From assembly GCA_000165425.1 (NCBI GenBank), contig CT868665.1, forward strand, positions 248,001 to 312,000: DNA of 64,000 nt. Reading direction: 5' to 3'. Under the pieces are notes generated by a model. The model searched no databases, was not told where the DNA came from, and saw nothing but the letters and a program-made list of their open reading frames with translations. The position numbers were made by a program, and so were the translations under genes. Shown here piece after piece: positions 39,230 through 53,200 of the stretch. Position 1 is the stretch's first letter. Every line of letters begins with the position of its first letter. Origin of the DNA: Paramecium tetraurelia. Its lineage: Eukaryota.

Positions 39230-40088
39230 ATCTTCTTCCAGGGCAGATCCTGCTTAAGATAATAGCATTAATTCATTATCCCATCCATCATTCAATTCTT
39301 TGTTTTGTTATTATCTTAATAAATTTAATTTGAATACCTGGTAGCCCATCCAGCATTAACATTATCAAGATTGTTTTGAACAGTGCTTAAATTGGTTTAG
39401 GCATCTGATAATAACCCTTATTTTAGTATTGATTTCTCCATCCTTGGTTTCGATGCCTCCTTTCAATTATGGTATAATTTCAGTGTTCAACAAAAAAAAT
39501 TGATAGTCTCTTCTAATGAATTCATAATTTTATTATTATTGTTCTTTCTACCTATGCATTCATTTACAAGGCTTATTTGAAAGCTACTAAATCTCCTCTC
39601 AAAGAATGAAGTAATTTAATTGCATTTCCTACTTATTCTTAATCAGCAAACCTATTGTAAATAATGTAGATTACCCTGAAGTGCTCATTTCAGTGAGAAC
39701 CCTTGATAAGGGTTCAAATAAGTGAGGAAGATGGGATAATTCCCCTAATCTTCTAGAGAAAGTTGCTGCTGATACACTTAAATCTTGTAAATCGATCTCG
39801 ATAAATGATAATTCTTTATTTCACAATAATGCATACATTTAAGGACTGATAATTTAGCAATATGCAACATATCATCTAGTGCTGTAAACAAAAGACTAAA
39901 GTCTACATCTGTAAATTATTGCAATGTTATCATATTTAATATCGTTTTACCCAATTTACTGTTACTTAGTTTTCCTAACTATTCATCAAACATACTTGCC
40001 TAGCTTATTCATATATCTGACTTAAATACTTTGTGATCTGAGTGCATTATGTTATTGCTACCATGCATAATAGTGCACAAACTCTCAT
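39230..40088 (-). pseudogene. Trichocyst matrix protein (TMP)-like pseudogene
   Basis: TMP-like segments LGKLSNSKLGKTILNMITL...LLFTALDD and LFEPLSRVLTEMSTSGFADQEQVGNAIKLLHSLRGDL. They are interrupted by frameshifts and in-frame TGAs, and the locus is shorter than a full TMP. Confidence 0.55.
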
Positions 40089-40125
40089 TAATGAAATGGA
40101 TATTAAAAATATATTTATACAAATA

Positions 40126-43100
40126 TCACATCATGATTTAATCAAATTAATTGATTGAAATCCTTCTAACTATTTTAGCATTTTTTTATCGCTGTTCTAT
40201 TGAGAATCCATTCCTTCTGGATTTTACATAATCGATCTTCTCACAGATTCAGAAGAACTGTGATAGGATAATTACCTTTGCTTCAGTAAATATTCTTCCA
40301 CTATATCAGGTTTTGGATGCAAAAATAAGATTTTATTAATCTCTATCTTAAATTCAATAAAATTTAGTAGAACTTCTAAACACTTTGTTTTATCTTGCAA
40401 ATAAATGCTCATATACTATATTAATATCTTAATAATTACTTTCTTAATTGAGATCTCAGTCCCAAATTCTTGCATTTGATCACTAACATCATAAATCTTA
40501 AAAAAGATAAGAGCCTCCTTCCCTTCTATAAATAGTATAATAAACAATCTCTTCAGAGTGTTCAAATTACCAACCTTATGTAAAATCAAACTTCCATCCT
40601 TTTTTGCCTACTCCAATGTCCCTCTGTATATATTATAATGATTTTTCAAAATTCTATTTCTAAACTTCTCCTACATAGGCTTGATTGAGTTTTCCACAAA
40701 AAACACCACATTTCCTTCGTATTTTAACTTTATTAATTATTAGTCTTAATAATCAAAGCATAAATAAATGAATTTGTTATTTGCTATCTATATTTATTGA
40801 ATTAAGATATTTGCAATATTTTCTATGGTAGACTGATGAGTTATAATTTATGCATCATCAGGAGTCAGAAACCAGAATATAGGTTATATTCTTTCTTTTA
40901 AATCTAAGACTTGAGCCTTGATTTCGAAAATTCTATGATGGTCATCAAATACACAATCCCTATCTTATAACAATAATTTGTTGATTTTTTTTCTAACATA
41001 ACTTATTACAATCAAGTGTTTCTTACCCTAAGAGTAAAACGTTCTTTTTGACAATACATTATTGGAATGAGGTCTTTAAGTTAGTCTCACTTTTTTAAAA
41101 AATTCAGGAATATTTTATTAAGATTCTTATTTATTTTTTGATAAATTGGTAGGATTTATGAAAGAAGATTAAATCCTACTTTTATCAATAAGTAAATTTC
41201 CACTATTTTGCTCTACTTTGACTCCTTTAATTAATAAATTTGAACTTAAAATTTTCATGGTGTTAGGATTATTAAAATTGAAGTTTGGATACAGCTTTTT
41301 GACTTCTTATAGATCAATTTATAGTTTTGTTACATCATCCTAAATATCTTCTTCTTGCTTTTTATTAATAGTGTTTTTTGAATTAGTATAAACTATATTA
41401 ACAATAGCATCATTAGTTCTGTCTTGATCTATAAGTATTTCCTATTAATCTTTGGTGATTAATCTACCATTATCCTGTGGGACTTCTTCATCCTTTTGAT
41501 TAATTAATTATGATTAATTGAATTTATAATTTTCATCAACTTATAAAAACTTATTTTCATCAAACTTTATTATTTTTTCTTCTATTTTAATTTTATTTAT
41601 GAAGAATTCATATAAATTTTACTATCCGAAACTTATTAATTAAGAATTATCATAAAAGCAGGTTGTTTTTAGTTTATTCTATCTATTTTATTTCTGAACT
41701 GGAATTAATTCAAAAGTCAGCTAGATTTAATCTTCGATTTTTCCATCTTATTTATACACATTAATAATATAATAATTTTAAATATGATCTTCTTAAATTA
41801 ATTTAAAAGTTCTCATGACAAATTTACCAGTAAAGTATCTATTTTTTTCTTGCAATTATCTATTTCTTAGAACTTTCAAATGTATCCAATCTTTAAATAA
41901 CTTTTTTCTAAAAGCTGCCTATGCTGTTAAAATACAAACTATAAAAATTTAATACTTTGATTCATTCTTAATTCTTCTTTTTCTTTTCTTCTGAATATTC
42001 TTTTCAGTAAAGGCGATTGGAATCTCAAGTTAGAATTAAAATTTAATGAAATTGATGTGCAGGTTCTTTTGTATCAATTAAATCAAAGGATTTATTAATG
42101 CTCTATAATATTCTATTGTTTTCATCTTGTCATATGATTACAATTAAGCAAAGTCAATTCTCTAGAAATCTATTTGATCTTACCTTTTATGCAAAGATTA
42201 ATACAAAATCTCCTTCTCCTACTACAACCCAACTAAATTAATTATAAATTATTTTTCTCTGAATCTCCTTTTGTTTTGTTCAATCTTACCTTTCTCTATA
42301 ACCCTTCCTTTATGGGTTATAAAACTCAATTCTCTCATTGTCAATTGTAAATGGTAATTGTGTTTAATTAAAAAGTAATCTATTTCTACATAATTCGAAT
42401 AATGATTTAAGATAAATTTTTAAAGAAAAAGCTTTGATCGTTTTAATTGCTTGTAAATTTTAAATTTCTCAACCATCCTTTTTACCAAAAGCATCCCTTA
42501 AATCTTTAAAACAAACTTTTCCCTCAAAAGTAAGGATATCCCAGGCCTCAACTCTTCAAAATTATGAGTGTACTATATTTCATTTATTATTAAGACTTTT
42601 GTGAGCGCTTGTGCAAATCCTTTGAAGAAGTTAATCACTCTAAGATTAGATAGGTTTTGTAGATTATCATTAATGTACTTGGACTGAAATTCATTTGAAT
42701 CAACTTCAATAACTCGTTTTTCTGAACCAATTTAGTATAATAGAATAATTCTTAAGAGCATAGGCGCTCTTTGAAATTCAAAACTTATTGTAGTTGAACC
42801 CTTCTAATAATTTCCAATAGCTACTTTATCACTATGCAAAGCCTTGTATGCCTAATCTGTATTTTTGGCACTAATTTAATTTCTCTCTAGTTTAGTTGAT
42901 TTATCTTTTTATGATTTCAGATATTCATCTATTATATATTGCATTTAGATTTCATCGATATTAAAGATTAATTTATCCTCGATTACACTCAAGCATGGCA
43001 ACAATAATTTACTGAAGTTTACCTTAAAATATTCATCAGGTATTTGATAATACTCTTAAAGCTAAGTAATTGTAATTGAAATTTCAGACACTTTTTATGT

Positions 43101-46100
43101 TATTTAATTTTCTGCTTAAACACTAAAAGTCTATTCATTGATTAAATATAATATCAGCAATTTGAATTTCGCTTCATTAAATTCAACTATTAATTCTCCA
43201 ACAAATTCTTTTTGGAATAGAGGAGAATTTTCAGATTACAAATCACTAATGGAATTCTGACCAAGCTAGGTTTCTTAAAATAATGTAGGATTTGTTCCAT
43301 ATTCGGTACAAGGCAATGTATTTAAAACGTATGTCTTTATTGATGTTTCATCATACTCTTCAACATATTTGCTTTACTTTCCTTTCATGTTCGTTCTGTG
43401 TTTGTGAAGCCTAAATAATGATTAGAGAACTTTGATAAAATTCATTTGTTTGTATTCTTCTAGCTAATGATGTATCACCATAGGTGGAAACTCCACATTG
43501 ATGATAGTAGATTATTATAAGTACTTCTAAGTTAAAGTGGAACTGATAATTTGTCTTGCTTATATTGTATTTTCTCTATAGGTATCGTCATCCTATTAAT
43601 CAGGATTTTATAATGATATGAATTAATTGTAAGTCTACTCTACACTTTTACAGTCAACTTTATCAAGACCTTTCTTATTTTTGATAATTTAAGAGAATTC
43701 TATCATTTTTTGTGCAACTGAAGTTATCTCACTAATTTCCAATGGTTGAAATAATCTTTAATAATAAGGTAAAACTGTATCAATAGAAAAGGCATGTTCC
43801 AAATGCTTAGACGTTATAGTAATACTTTGATATTCACTCTTCCCAGTCAAAGATGACTATGGATCTGTCTTCTCAATATCTAAAAAACATGTAGTCAAAC
43901 ATGCCTTATCACCAATATAAATCATTGCTCTTCTTGCCAACATCATTCTTTCAATCACTTTGGACGGATCTTTAGTTAACCGTTCTTCAATGGCATTCCT
44001 AATTTAACATCTTCTTCTCACCAAATATCTCATGACTGCTCTTTATATAATTATTACACACATCTTTGCCTTTGTTATTTATTCCCATAACCTTGCTGAC
44101 CTTTGAGAATACTCTTTCTCTCTATTTATCCAATACAAAGCTTCATCGGTATATTCAATATAAGGTGTAACTAAATCAACGTTAAGTATTTCAAATATAT
44201 TTTCACTACAAACATCTCCCATTTATTTAAATACAACTTGATGGATCTCTAGGTCATTTGATTTACCTTAAGTTTCATGATTTATGATATAGAGATAGTT
44301 CACCTTGCTATGGATATTTCTTGACTTCACTATCTGCAGATATTAATTCTTATTTGTTCTAATCAAATAAGTTTCACATATTTATTTTGTCTTATTATTA
44401 ACCCATTTTGACATTCTTAATCTTTATAAATGTCCTCTGACAAATGATTATATGTATTTTATTGCCTTTTCTTCATATTAGGTTAATTATTTATTGTATA
44501 ATGGAGGCTTCATGACTCTAATTAGTTCATATTATGGTACGACATCTGTATAATCAAAATTATTGATGCCTTAGATTATTATTTTATTATTTTCAATTAA
44601 GACTAATTCTTATAAAATTGCTCCTATTTTTTCAATTTATACTATAAATTATTTATTTGTTTCTGTCTTAGCCCTAACGATATATTTGCCATCCACTTCA
44701 TTTAAATATAGAAATTATTAGGTTAAAGTCACCAGATTTCTGATGTTTCTCAATAGTTTATTTTCCTCTACAATGAGACTCTCCAATTCCTCACAATATT
44801 AAAACAATAACCCTAAAGTCTTTAAAAAACTTTCTATATCCATTTCCAAATACAAATAGTTCTCCTTTCTTTTTTCTTTCATCGCATTCACTAATGCAAA
44901 TCTCACAAATGAGTTATCGTTCATAATCGAAAAAGTGAACACATAAGGCTCCTCTGTTTGAATTCCTTCTTTTATTATAGGATTACAAAAGCCCTATCTG
45001 ATAGTTTGAAACTACTTTGCTTTAATCAAATACTGTTAGAGTCTTCTTTATTGGCTTGCTTTATATTTTAAAAGATAAGTGACAATCTTTGACATGGCTT
45101 TTTATTATTTTTGATAGTACTACTTCAATCTGCTCTATTGAATTAATTTGGCTTTAATTTCTCTGAATTTCATCTCTTAAACCTTTTTTTTAATAAACCT
45201 TTGTAATTTCTTTAATTTTAATTCATCAGACTTTAATAATTTACCCTTATCTTTAAACGCTTTTTTAAGGTTGTAAAAATTCTTCCTCTCCTTTTTCATC
45301 CTAATCTAAGCTTGTATCTTAGTTATTTAGTCTGTATTATAAATCTACTCTTCTACTTCTCTGATAATCTATTTTTCCTTCTCGATTAATGAATTGTCAA
45401 AATAAATCCTTTGAGGACTCTACTTATTAAGAAAACTTAATCTAAGATCTTTAGCACTATTTCTCAATAAAATGGATCCCCTATTATAAGGAGAACGCTC
45501 AGTTGACCTCTATTATTTAACTTCCTAGTCAGAATGCTCTGAATTTGACCATTAATCTATTTCAATTTTTTCAATCTATGTTTTCAATTTTGGTTTAGTA
45601 GAACTAATTACATTGAGTGCCAACAACTTCGCCTTAATATCTTGAACTTTATCTCTATTAGTATCCTATCTTTCTTGATCTGTCTTTCTTCTCAAAATAG
45701 AGGATGTATGATCTTTTTTTACTGTTTCATTTTCAATAAAATTTATTTTCTTTCTCTATATCAACTTTCTGGTTTGACTAAGAGGACTTTATTAGGGCGT
45801 TGTTTATTAGAAGCTTTCATCTGTAAGGACATCGAAATGTTTTTTTAATGATAAGACCTTTTTGAAGAGAACTGGAGATTATTCATTCATGTGAACAATT
45901 AATTTTTATTTGGCCTACTAATGTCCATTATAAATTTTTTTAAATAATGGATCCTAATTACCTAGGTGCTCTACAACGAACTACAGAGATCGCTTGTATT
46001 ATTTGACTGCCTCTTTCAAGCGATCCAAGGATTCCAATTCAAAGCCATAATTATAATGAGCCATAGCTAAATATCTAATGGTTTAGTTAGAGTTTGAATC

Positions 46101-47210
46101 AAATTCTTATTAACCTGATTAGATGGCACTCTTTGCTTCCTTTAAAGCCTTTTCATGCCTTAGGAATATTAAATTTCAAAATAATACAGATTCATTTGAC
46201 TCAAGAGTGCTGTGATATTCAAATGAGTAATGGTTTTCATTTTTAATTGATCATATTACTAGATCAAGGAGAGTGCATTTTCAAAAGCATTAATTGCCAA
46301 TTGTGTTTGGTTCATCCTCCTATAAACACAACCTAAATTATTGTAAGCCAAACATCTAAAATTCAAATTTAGTTATTATTTTACATTTAAGTGGGCATAT
46401 CTTAATAATCCCGACGTTAGATTATCCATTACAGAATGAGTATGCATATCTCACTCAATCCATTTTGGTCCAAAATCTTCATAGCATATTTGTTGAGAGA
46501 TTTAAACATATTTTCTACTTCTTTTTATTAAAACTGTGTGCCTTTCAACGCAATCAATTCTAAAATAGCACATTGTGAAAATACATTTCTCTTTCAGTCC
46601 TAGTAACTCAATAATATTATTTTTTTTCAATGGCTACTCTGATGTTTCGAGATAAGAAGATTTGAAGGAATTCTTATTGTTAATTTGTTGAAAAGATATT
46701 TTCCTAGAAATTGGCGATGACTCCTTTCTTTGAGCAGGAAAATAAGCAGAGTTCGTTCGTATTGGTTACATTTAGTAATATATTTATTTTTCAATTCGAT
46801 TAGTTTAATCAACCAAATACTTTTTAACAAATATCCGTCTCCATGGCTCTTTTGAGATCAAACGTTCTAATCTGACGGTAAAATATCCCATACATGATTA
46901 AGATTAACAATTTAGTTTAATATAACAAAATCAAAAAATCTACTCCAACATAATTGTACTGAGTCTCCTTATTAAAAGAGGTGACTTATTCATTTTCAAT
47001 TGAGTGCTCTTTATTGTACTACTGGAATTGAATTCAGAGATTTCACTGTCAGAATCTAAAGTTTTTTAAGAGAAAATGGTTTGTTTTTTAGAGACTTCAA
47101 AATTTATCTATTTTTTTTGTGGATCTGTTAATTGTTCAAGCCTCAAATCATTATTCAAATACTGAATAATGTTTTTCTCTCTTTCATTTAATTAATCGGT
47201 TAGCATCTAA
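40126..47210 (-). CDS. Very large protein with N-terminal TPR repeats and IQ-like motifs; 5' end approximate
   Basis: TPR: CLAYNNLGCVYRRMNQTQLAINAFENAL at ~46270-46360. IQ-like ITKIQAQIRMKKERK (~45290-45330) and LTAQAAFRKK (~41900). The frame reads through 41600-41950, so this is probably a single gene. Confidence 0.6.
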
Positions 47211-47449
47211 ACATCCTTACAATCATTCATTATAATTTTGCTTATCTTTATTATAATAAAGTGTTAAGATAAGCATAAATTTAATTAAAAAGTGCCTTAA
47301 ATCAAAACTTATTACATACTTGCAAACTAATCGCATTGGAATAAACAAAAATGTATATATGAATAATCCTCTCCTATTGGTCAGAAAAGATTTCAATTAA
47401 TTAAAAATACTTAACTCTCACTATATATTATTTAATATATAATAAATAT

Positions 47450-47849
47450 ATGGACATATCAAAGATTGGAAGTTCGGCTATTGATAAGTCCTTTGGTAGA
47501 GGAGGACAGGGAAAGGATGCAGTGGTAATAGTTTCTAATTTGGAAATACATAAACCTGTTGTCACTTTTTGTGATATGAGTCAGGCATAAAAAGAATTTG
47601 CATTTGAAACTGCTGAACATGCTTTTAGTAATTAGCTCTTATTAACTCCAAGAATTATCGGCTAAAAGAGAAAAGAGATACTTCAAAGACATAGCAGAAT
47701 ACATAAAAAATGAGTTTGATAATAAATTTTAAGGGACTTGGCATGTAATAGTAGGTTTGCATTTTGGGTCATTCGTTTCTTACGAGAGCCAATGCATGAT
47801 ACATTTCTACTTGAATCAATTGGGATTCATGATTTACAAGTTTGGCTGA
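47450..47849 (+). CDS. Dynein light chain type 1 (LC8 family) with N-terminal extension
   Basis: CDMSQAQKEFA...KDIAEYIKNEFDNKFQGTWHVIVGLHFGSFVSYESQCMIHFYLNQLGFMIYKFG. 25-nt intron 47628-47652; 124 aa. Confidence 0.92.
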
Positions 47850-47975
47850 GCTATTTTGTATGAACTATTATAGGATTATAAGAATTAATATTTGTTTTTA
47901 TTCAAAAAGTACTCTGTTTTAAATTTAATTGTTACTTTCCTTCTTAAAAACTAAATTCTAAGTAATTTTGTCGTA

Positions 47976-48072
47976 GAATTCAATATACAAATGCTGTCAG
48001 ATGCACAGCAATCAAATTGAGTGCAAGAGGAGAACCAGTCTCTTTCATGCACTTATTTTAATATGTGAATTT
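47976..48072. ncRNA. Candidate small structured RNA (two hairpins within a possible closing stem)
   Basis: tgctgt(47992-97) pairs with acagca(48005-10). agtgca(48020-25) pairs with tgcact(48048-53), with an inner gaga/tctc pair. Outer aattca/tgaatt. The segment is locally GC-richer than the surrounding gap. Confidence 0.35.
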
Positions 48073-48119
48073 TTAATATGAGTTTTAGATCTTATTTAAT
48101 GAACATCTATATATAGGAA

Positions 48120-48544
48120 TCAAATAACAAATCCTACTTCGGCACAACCAAAGTTAGTTCCCTTAGCATTTTAGAACCACATTTAGACAACAATTTTGCC
48201 CTATGCACATATTTTAAATATCTTACAGATGGAGTAAAAGTTGGGAAGTTTTAGGTCAATTCATAGGTGACACGATCTCCTTTGTCATAGACTTCATCTT
48301 CTGGGTAATTGTCTTCAAAAGCATCCATGCCATTCCATTTAGCTTTGAGTTGTACGTTGGCTAATTCTGCATGCTCATTAGCTGATCCATAAAGTGTGAT
48401 TGTTTCATCTACACCCTTAGCTGGAGTAACACTGAAGGTTGCCTCAGTGAAAACAACTTTTGGATTGGCCATACAATTGGTAACTTTAGTTGGAATAGCT
48501 GCCAATATGGTTGATACTAGCAATAAGGCAATAAGGTATTTCAT
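48120..48544 (-). CDS. Secreted ML-domain (MD-2/NPC2-like) lipid-binding protein
   Basis: Signal peptide MKYLIALLLVSTILA; beta-rich body with NC...P and FPTFTPSGK...FGCAEVGF. 26-nt intron 48201-48226; 132 aa. Confidence 0.75.
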
Positions 48545-49196
48545 TTTATATAATATTATTAATATTAATGTGACTTATAATTTCTGCTTTGAATACCCAC
48601 ATTACGCAATCGAATTTATATCTCAATGAATAATATTATTTTCACTCTTTAAATTAAATAAAACTTATAATTAATATAGAATGAACCTCTTTAAAAAAAT
48701 AATATTATCTCTATTATCTATATGTACGGCAATAATCATATAATGACTTAATCCAAAAAAAATCAAACAATTTAAAAAAAATACATATTGAATTTTTAGA
48801 GGTATTTGTGAAGATGAATTGATGCTACCTTGCATAAAGTAAACTTAATACGCGATATTCACATTAGATAATATTGTCATCATACAAGGTTGGAGAATAA
48901 AATTTATCAATCAATTATCAAGATTTAAAAAAAATAGACTTATTTCAATTAAAATTATCGATGCAGTTAAGACTAACCCCTCTAAATAAATTAAAGATTA
49001 ATCTCTCATTCAATTAAATGCGTATTATCTCGGTTTTTTTTTGATTACGTCAATTTTAAGAAAGATCACCAGAAGTGATAGTTAATACAAAAATCAAATT
49101 AAATAATGACTTTAATTTATCAAATTAGTGGATTTATGAAACAATTAAAGAATTTTTAATGATTGTGTATGAAATTCTATTTTTATCATTTCAATC

Positions 49197-49915
49197 TCAG
49201 GATTATGCCTTTGAATATTGGAATACCACCAAAGGACAACTATTTCTTATGATATATACTATACATTATTCAATTAATTATTATTGCACATGGATTGGGA
49301 TTTCTTCTTAGATAATTTGAATTCCCAAGAGCGGGATCTCTCTCTGGGATCTTCAATTGGATCTTCAGCTGGACCACAAACTGGAGTCGTTAACTACAAT
49401 TTCATCAAATCAATTACTTGAGATTTGGCTTTTTTCTAACTCACATTAGGAACAGCTCCAGCTTCTCTCTCTTTTTTGATCAGAATGAGTTATTCCTAAT
49501 TTAAATTAGATACTAAATACCTTCTCGATCTTTTTTAGATGCAAACATTGTGATTTGAGAATGAAGTTTTTCATAATCAAACTCTTGCACACTTCTTTGC
49601 ATAAGAGGAGAGTTTTAAAGAAGTAATCTAACTGTATTCTTCTCTCCTCTACTAACTCATCATTCTGGTTGGTGGATCTCCACCAATTAGTCGGAGGAAA
49701 CTTCGGCAAACTGCCTTTAAGAGTTTATAATGATTCATGTAATTTCTTTAAATGTGAATAGCGATAATCGACTGAAAAGGAACACCTTTAGTTATTCTCA
49801 GTAAATCTATATTTAAGTTAATATGAGTATCTTACACTAACTAGTAGTATACAACATCATCATTTTTTTTGAAGGAAGGAACGCAAATTGAAATTGCAAA
49901 CTCATTTTCTTACAT
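49197..49915 (-). CDS. PX (phox homology) domain protein
   Basis: VVYYQL...YRYSHLKKLHESL...LPKFPPTNWW...VEERRIQLDYFFKTLL. Short introns near 49808-49836 and 49496-49520. Confidence 0.8.
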
Positions 49916-50219
49916 ATAATTATTTTTATTAATGTTTGATAATCTCTTCTTTTATTTTTATATAATACATTTTTTTGTCAAATTATAGACTTATTGATAA
50001 AAAAGACATCAGAATCTTTCTTTGAGTCACACAAATTCTAAAGGATTTTGGATTTTTTAATTTTTAAATATAATTTAAAATTCATTACTTCAATTCTGTA
50101 ATTATCTTAATATTGAATAATTGTTAGATGAAAATGAAATGTATTTGAAATCGTTTTCAAACTAACAACTATTAATAAAAGATGAATTAAATATTAAAAA
50201 CAAAAACATAATTAATTAT

Positions 50220-53200
50220 TCATTTTTCAAATTTAAAGGTGACCAATTTTCTCTGTTTAATTCCCAAAGTAGCTTGAGTTGACATCTTTCCTCTTAACGT
50301 TTATTTGCTATATTTAACATCAACTAAATTGTCTTAAGTTTCTTCTCTATATTCTTCTTTTCGAAACAAACTCCGAATTCTCGAGAGTAATTTAGCAATA
50401 ATCTTGTACTCTTTTATCAAGAATTCATAATGTTGCTTAATATCAAGAATGAATTGATATATGATCAACATTGTACAAGCCCCAATAATAAACCATCCTA
50501 TAAATAATTCCTTATTCTCATCTGGACCTTGTTACTAAGAGTAGTATAATCCTAAAATCAAGATTTCAGCTATCCAAATAAAAAATTCTGATCCAACAGT
50601 CTTATAAAATTCATACTTGTCTTCTAATGGAGTGTTATATATGATGTAAACCGAAAAGATCACGTTAAGCATGGAACACGTTATGATTTATAAGCTGGCA
50701 TCATAATAAACATTAACCAAAAAGAATATGAAAAGTATCTTCTTGCAAAGGAGGACAAGATTGTAATAGTTAGCGTAAGGCTTGGTGTGTTAGATGTATA
50801 CTCCCTCATACAAGGATCCATATTTCTATTTGATAAAGAATTGTTCATAGAAAAATGGTTGATTGCTCATAAAAGTAAAACCCTTGAACAAAAAGAACAT
50901 TTGGAGTAATAAAAATACTATACTTAAAGCAAAGCTGGATTACAATAATGCATTATCTGTATTGGGTGCTCTAATTTACAAGAAGATGGAGAGATTGTAA
51001 TCATAGGTAACAGCCATGAAAGTTCTAATTAAGCCTGAAGTGAACTCTCCAATAATGTTAAGGAACATTTTAGAAATGTTTCTGCTGATTCTGAACAAAA
51101 TGAACTTGATAACATTAGGTTCTTCTTCTAAAGAGGTGTCATTCTCATCGGAGTAGTATTGTAAGAGCTTAGCCAAGAATACAAATCCGACTCTGCAGCC
51201 AATAAAGATTGCCAAAGTTGTCAAGAAGACTATCAGAACAGCAACTGAGTTGATATAAAAAGTAGTGGAATATCCTTACAAAGCAAACTTGTAATCTGGC
51301 TCAGGAGAAGTGACATGATTATTGATGATATCCTCGATATTAACTACGCTTTTGATGAAATCGAATTGAGCAAAATCAAATAGTTAGAAATATGTATCGA
51401 CATTATAGGGATACAAAACATTGAAAAACTGCAAATATGAAATTAATTACAAGATATCCAGCAAGTTCCAAAAGATCTGCAATCCTCCCACTAGAAATGC
51501 AAATATGGCTAACCCAAAAAGTACATACAACACATATTTACTAAAGTTCAGAAGTCCTTCTGTTGCTGCGATGACCGATTGAGATTATTTATAAAATGGT
51601 ATCAAGGGGAATTCAAAGGAGGTCTCTTTGAATGTGAACCCTTGTTCACTGATATAATTATCAGGGTTGAGTATTTTACATACTAAAATTGGGTTTTCAG
51701 TTCTCTCATTGATTTGGAGTTTGAGAACTGTTTTTAAAATGTTGTAGTCTTCTTTGGTTTCTATTTAAAAGTCAGAGATTAAGATTTCAAATGACTCAGA
51801 ATTCTTAAAAGAATATAAACATATGTTATCAACTTTTCCAGTAACTTTGAGTTTGATATCGGTGGTTAATTCTAAATTTCTGATTCCATCGTGTTTATTA
51901 TCAAATTTAGATTCGGTCAATTGAATGATCGGATAGAGTATTCTTTCACAAGTATTTTCACATATCCATCCATCTTCAACCTTACATTAAGTGCATCCAT
52001 CGCCACTTTTATCATTGCCATCATCACATCCTTCCTTATCTACTTTGAGTCCATCTCCACATATGGACACACAACTATTGTCTAATATTTGATAACCCTT
52101 ATCAATTTAGCACATAACACATTTTGTATGATTTGTATCGTATAAGACACAGGAAGTGCAATTATCAGATCTAGTGACACATGTCAAACAGGATTAATCA
52201 CAACGTTCACATTGATTAGCTTTATTTATAAAATAGCCATCAATGCATTTAACACAAACTCCCATTTCACATTTAGAACATAAGGCATTGAAACAGTATG
52301 AATTTGGTAATAAACACAGATAACAACCATCCTTGGGATCTGAATTACCATCATCACAATCTTCATTCCATTAGACAATCTTATCACCACATTTACTATA
52401 ACAATAATGAGTAGTTGGGGGATTAGAGTAATTTCTACAATCTGAACATTCCTTCATGTTTGATTCATAGTAACCTCTCTTGCAATTACATGCAAAGACA
52501 GTCTAACTGATGGAAGGTTCTCTGGATGATGGACATCTAGTGCACATATCAATATTTGGAGAAGGTAAACATTATTGACAAGAGAAGTGACAACTTTGAC
52601 AACTGAGTTGATTTTCAACTTCAAAATGTCCAGACATGCATATGCAAGTACTATTTCTGATACTCAATCTTCTATTTTAAGAGGTGTAACAAGATAAGCA
52701 ATTCGTTAGACTAGAACAGGTTAAACATTTAGGATTGCATTTAGTACAAACAGAGATGCCTTCATCAAAATAGCCATCTTAACATTCACATTTTCTATTG
52801 AGAATGGTTCTAAATTAATCTGGATAACAACTAGTACAGTAATTAGCAAAGAAACGACAAGTGTAACAGGTTTATTCACACTAACTGCAATCTAAAAAGT
52901 TCTCTTGCTCATAATACCCTTGTTTGCAGTCACATTATTAATAGTGTAATTCTCGATTCAAAGTGGCATCACAATCAGTACAAATTCTGGGCTATTTTTG
53001 ACAAGCCTTGCAATATTTAGAACAAGGCAAACAAACTGAAATATCCATGTAATAGCCTTCCAGACATCTGCATTAATCTTTATCCATCCAATAATGTTTA
53101 GATTCATCGCATTTAGCACAATTCTAATAATAATTTGGAGAAGACATAGTTAGTAATGTTAATTGCAAGCTTTATCCACATACCAAACATCCTACTTGAC

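Noticed and set aside
47976..48072. Hammerhead ribozyme or SECIS interpretation of the hairpin cluster
   Set aside because: The minus strand has CUGACAG rather than the CUGANGA core. There is no SECIS AUGA/GA quartet geometry, and neither flanking gene has an internal TGA.
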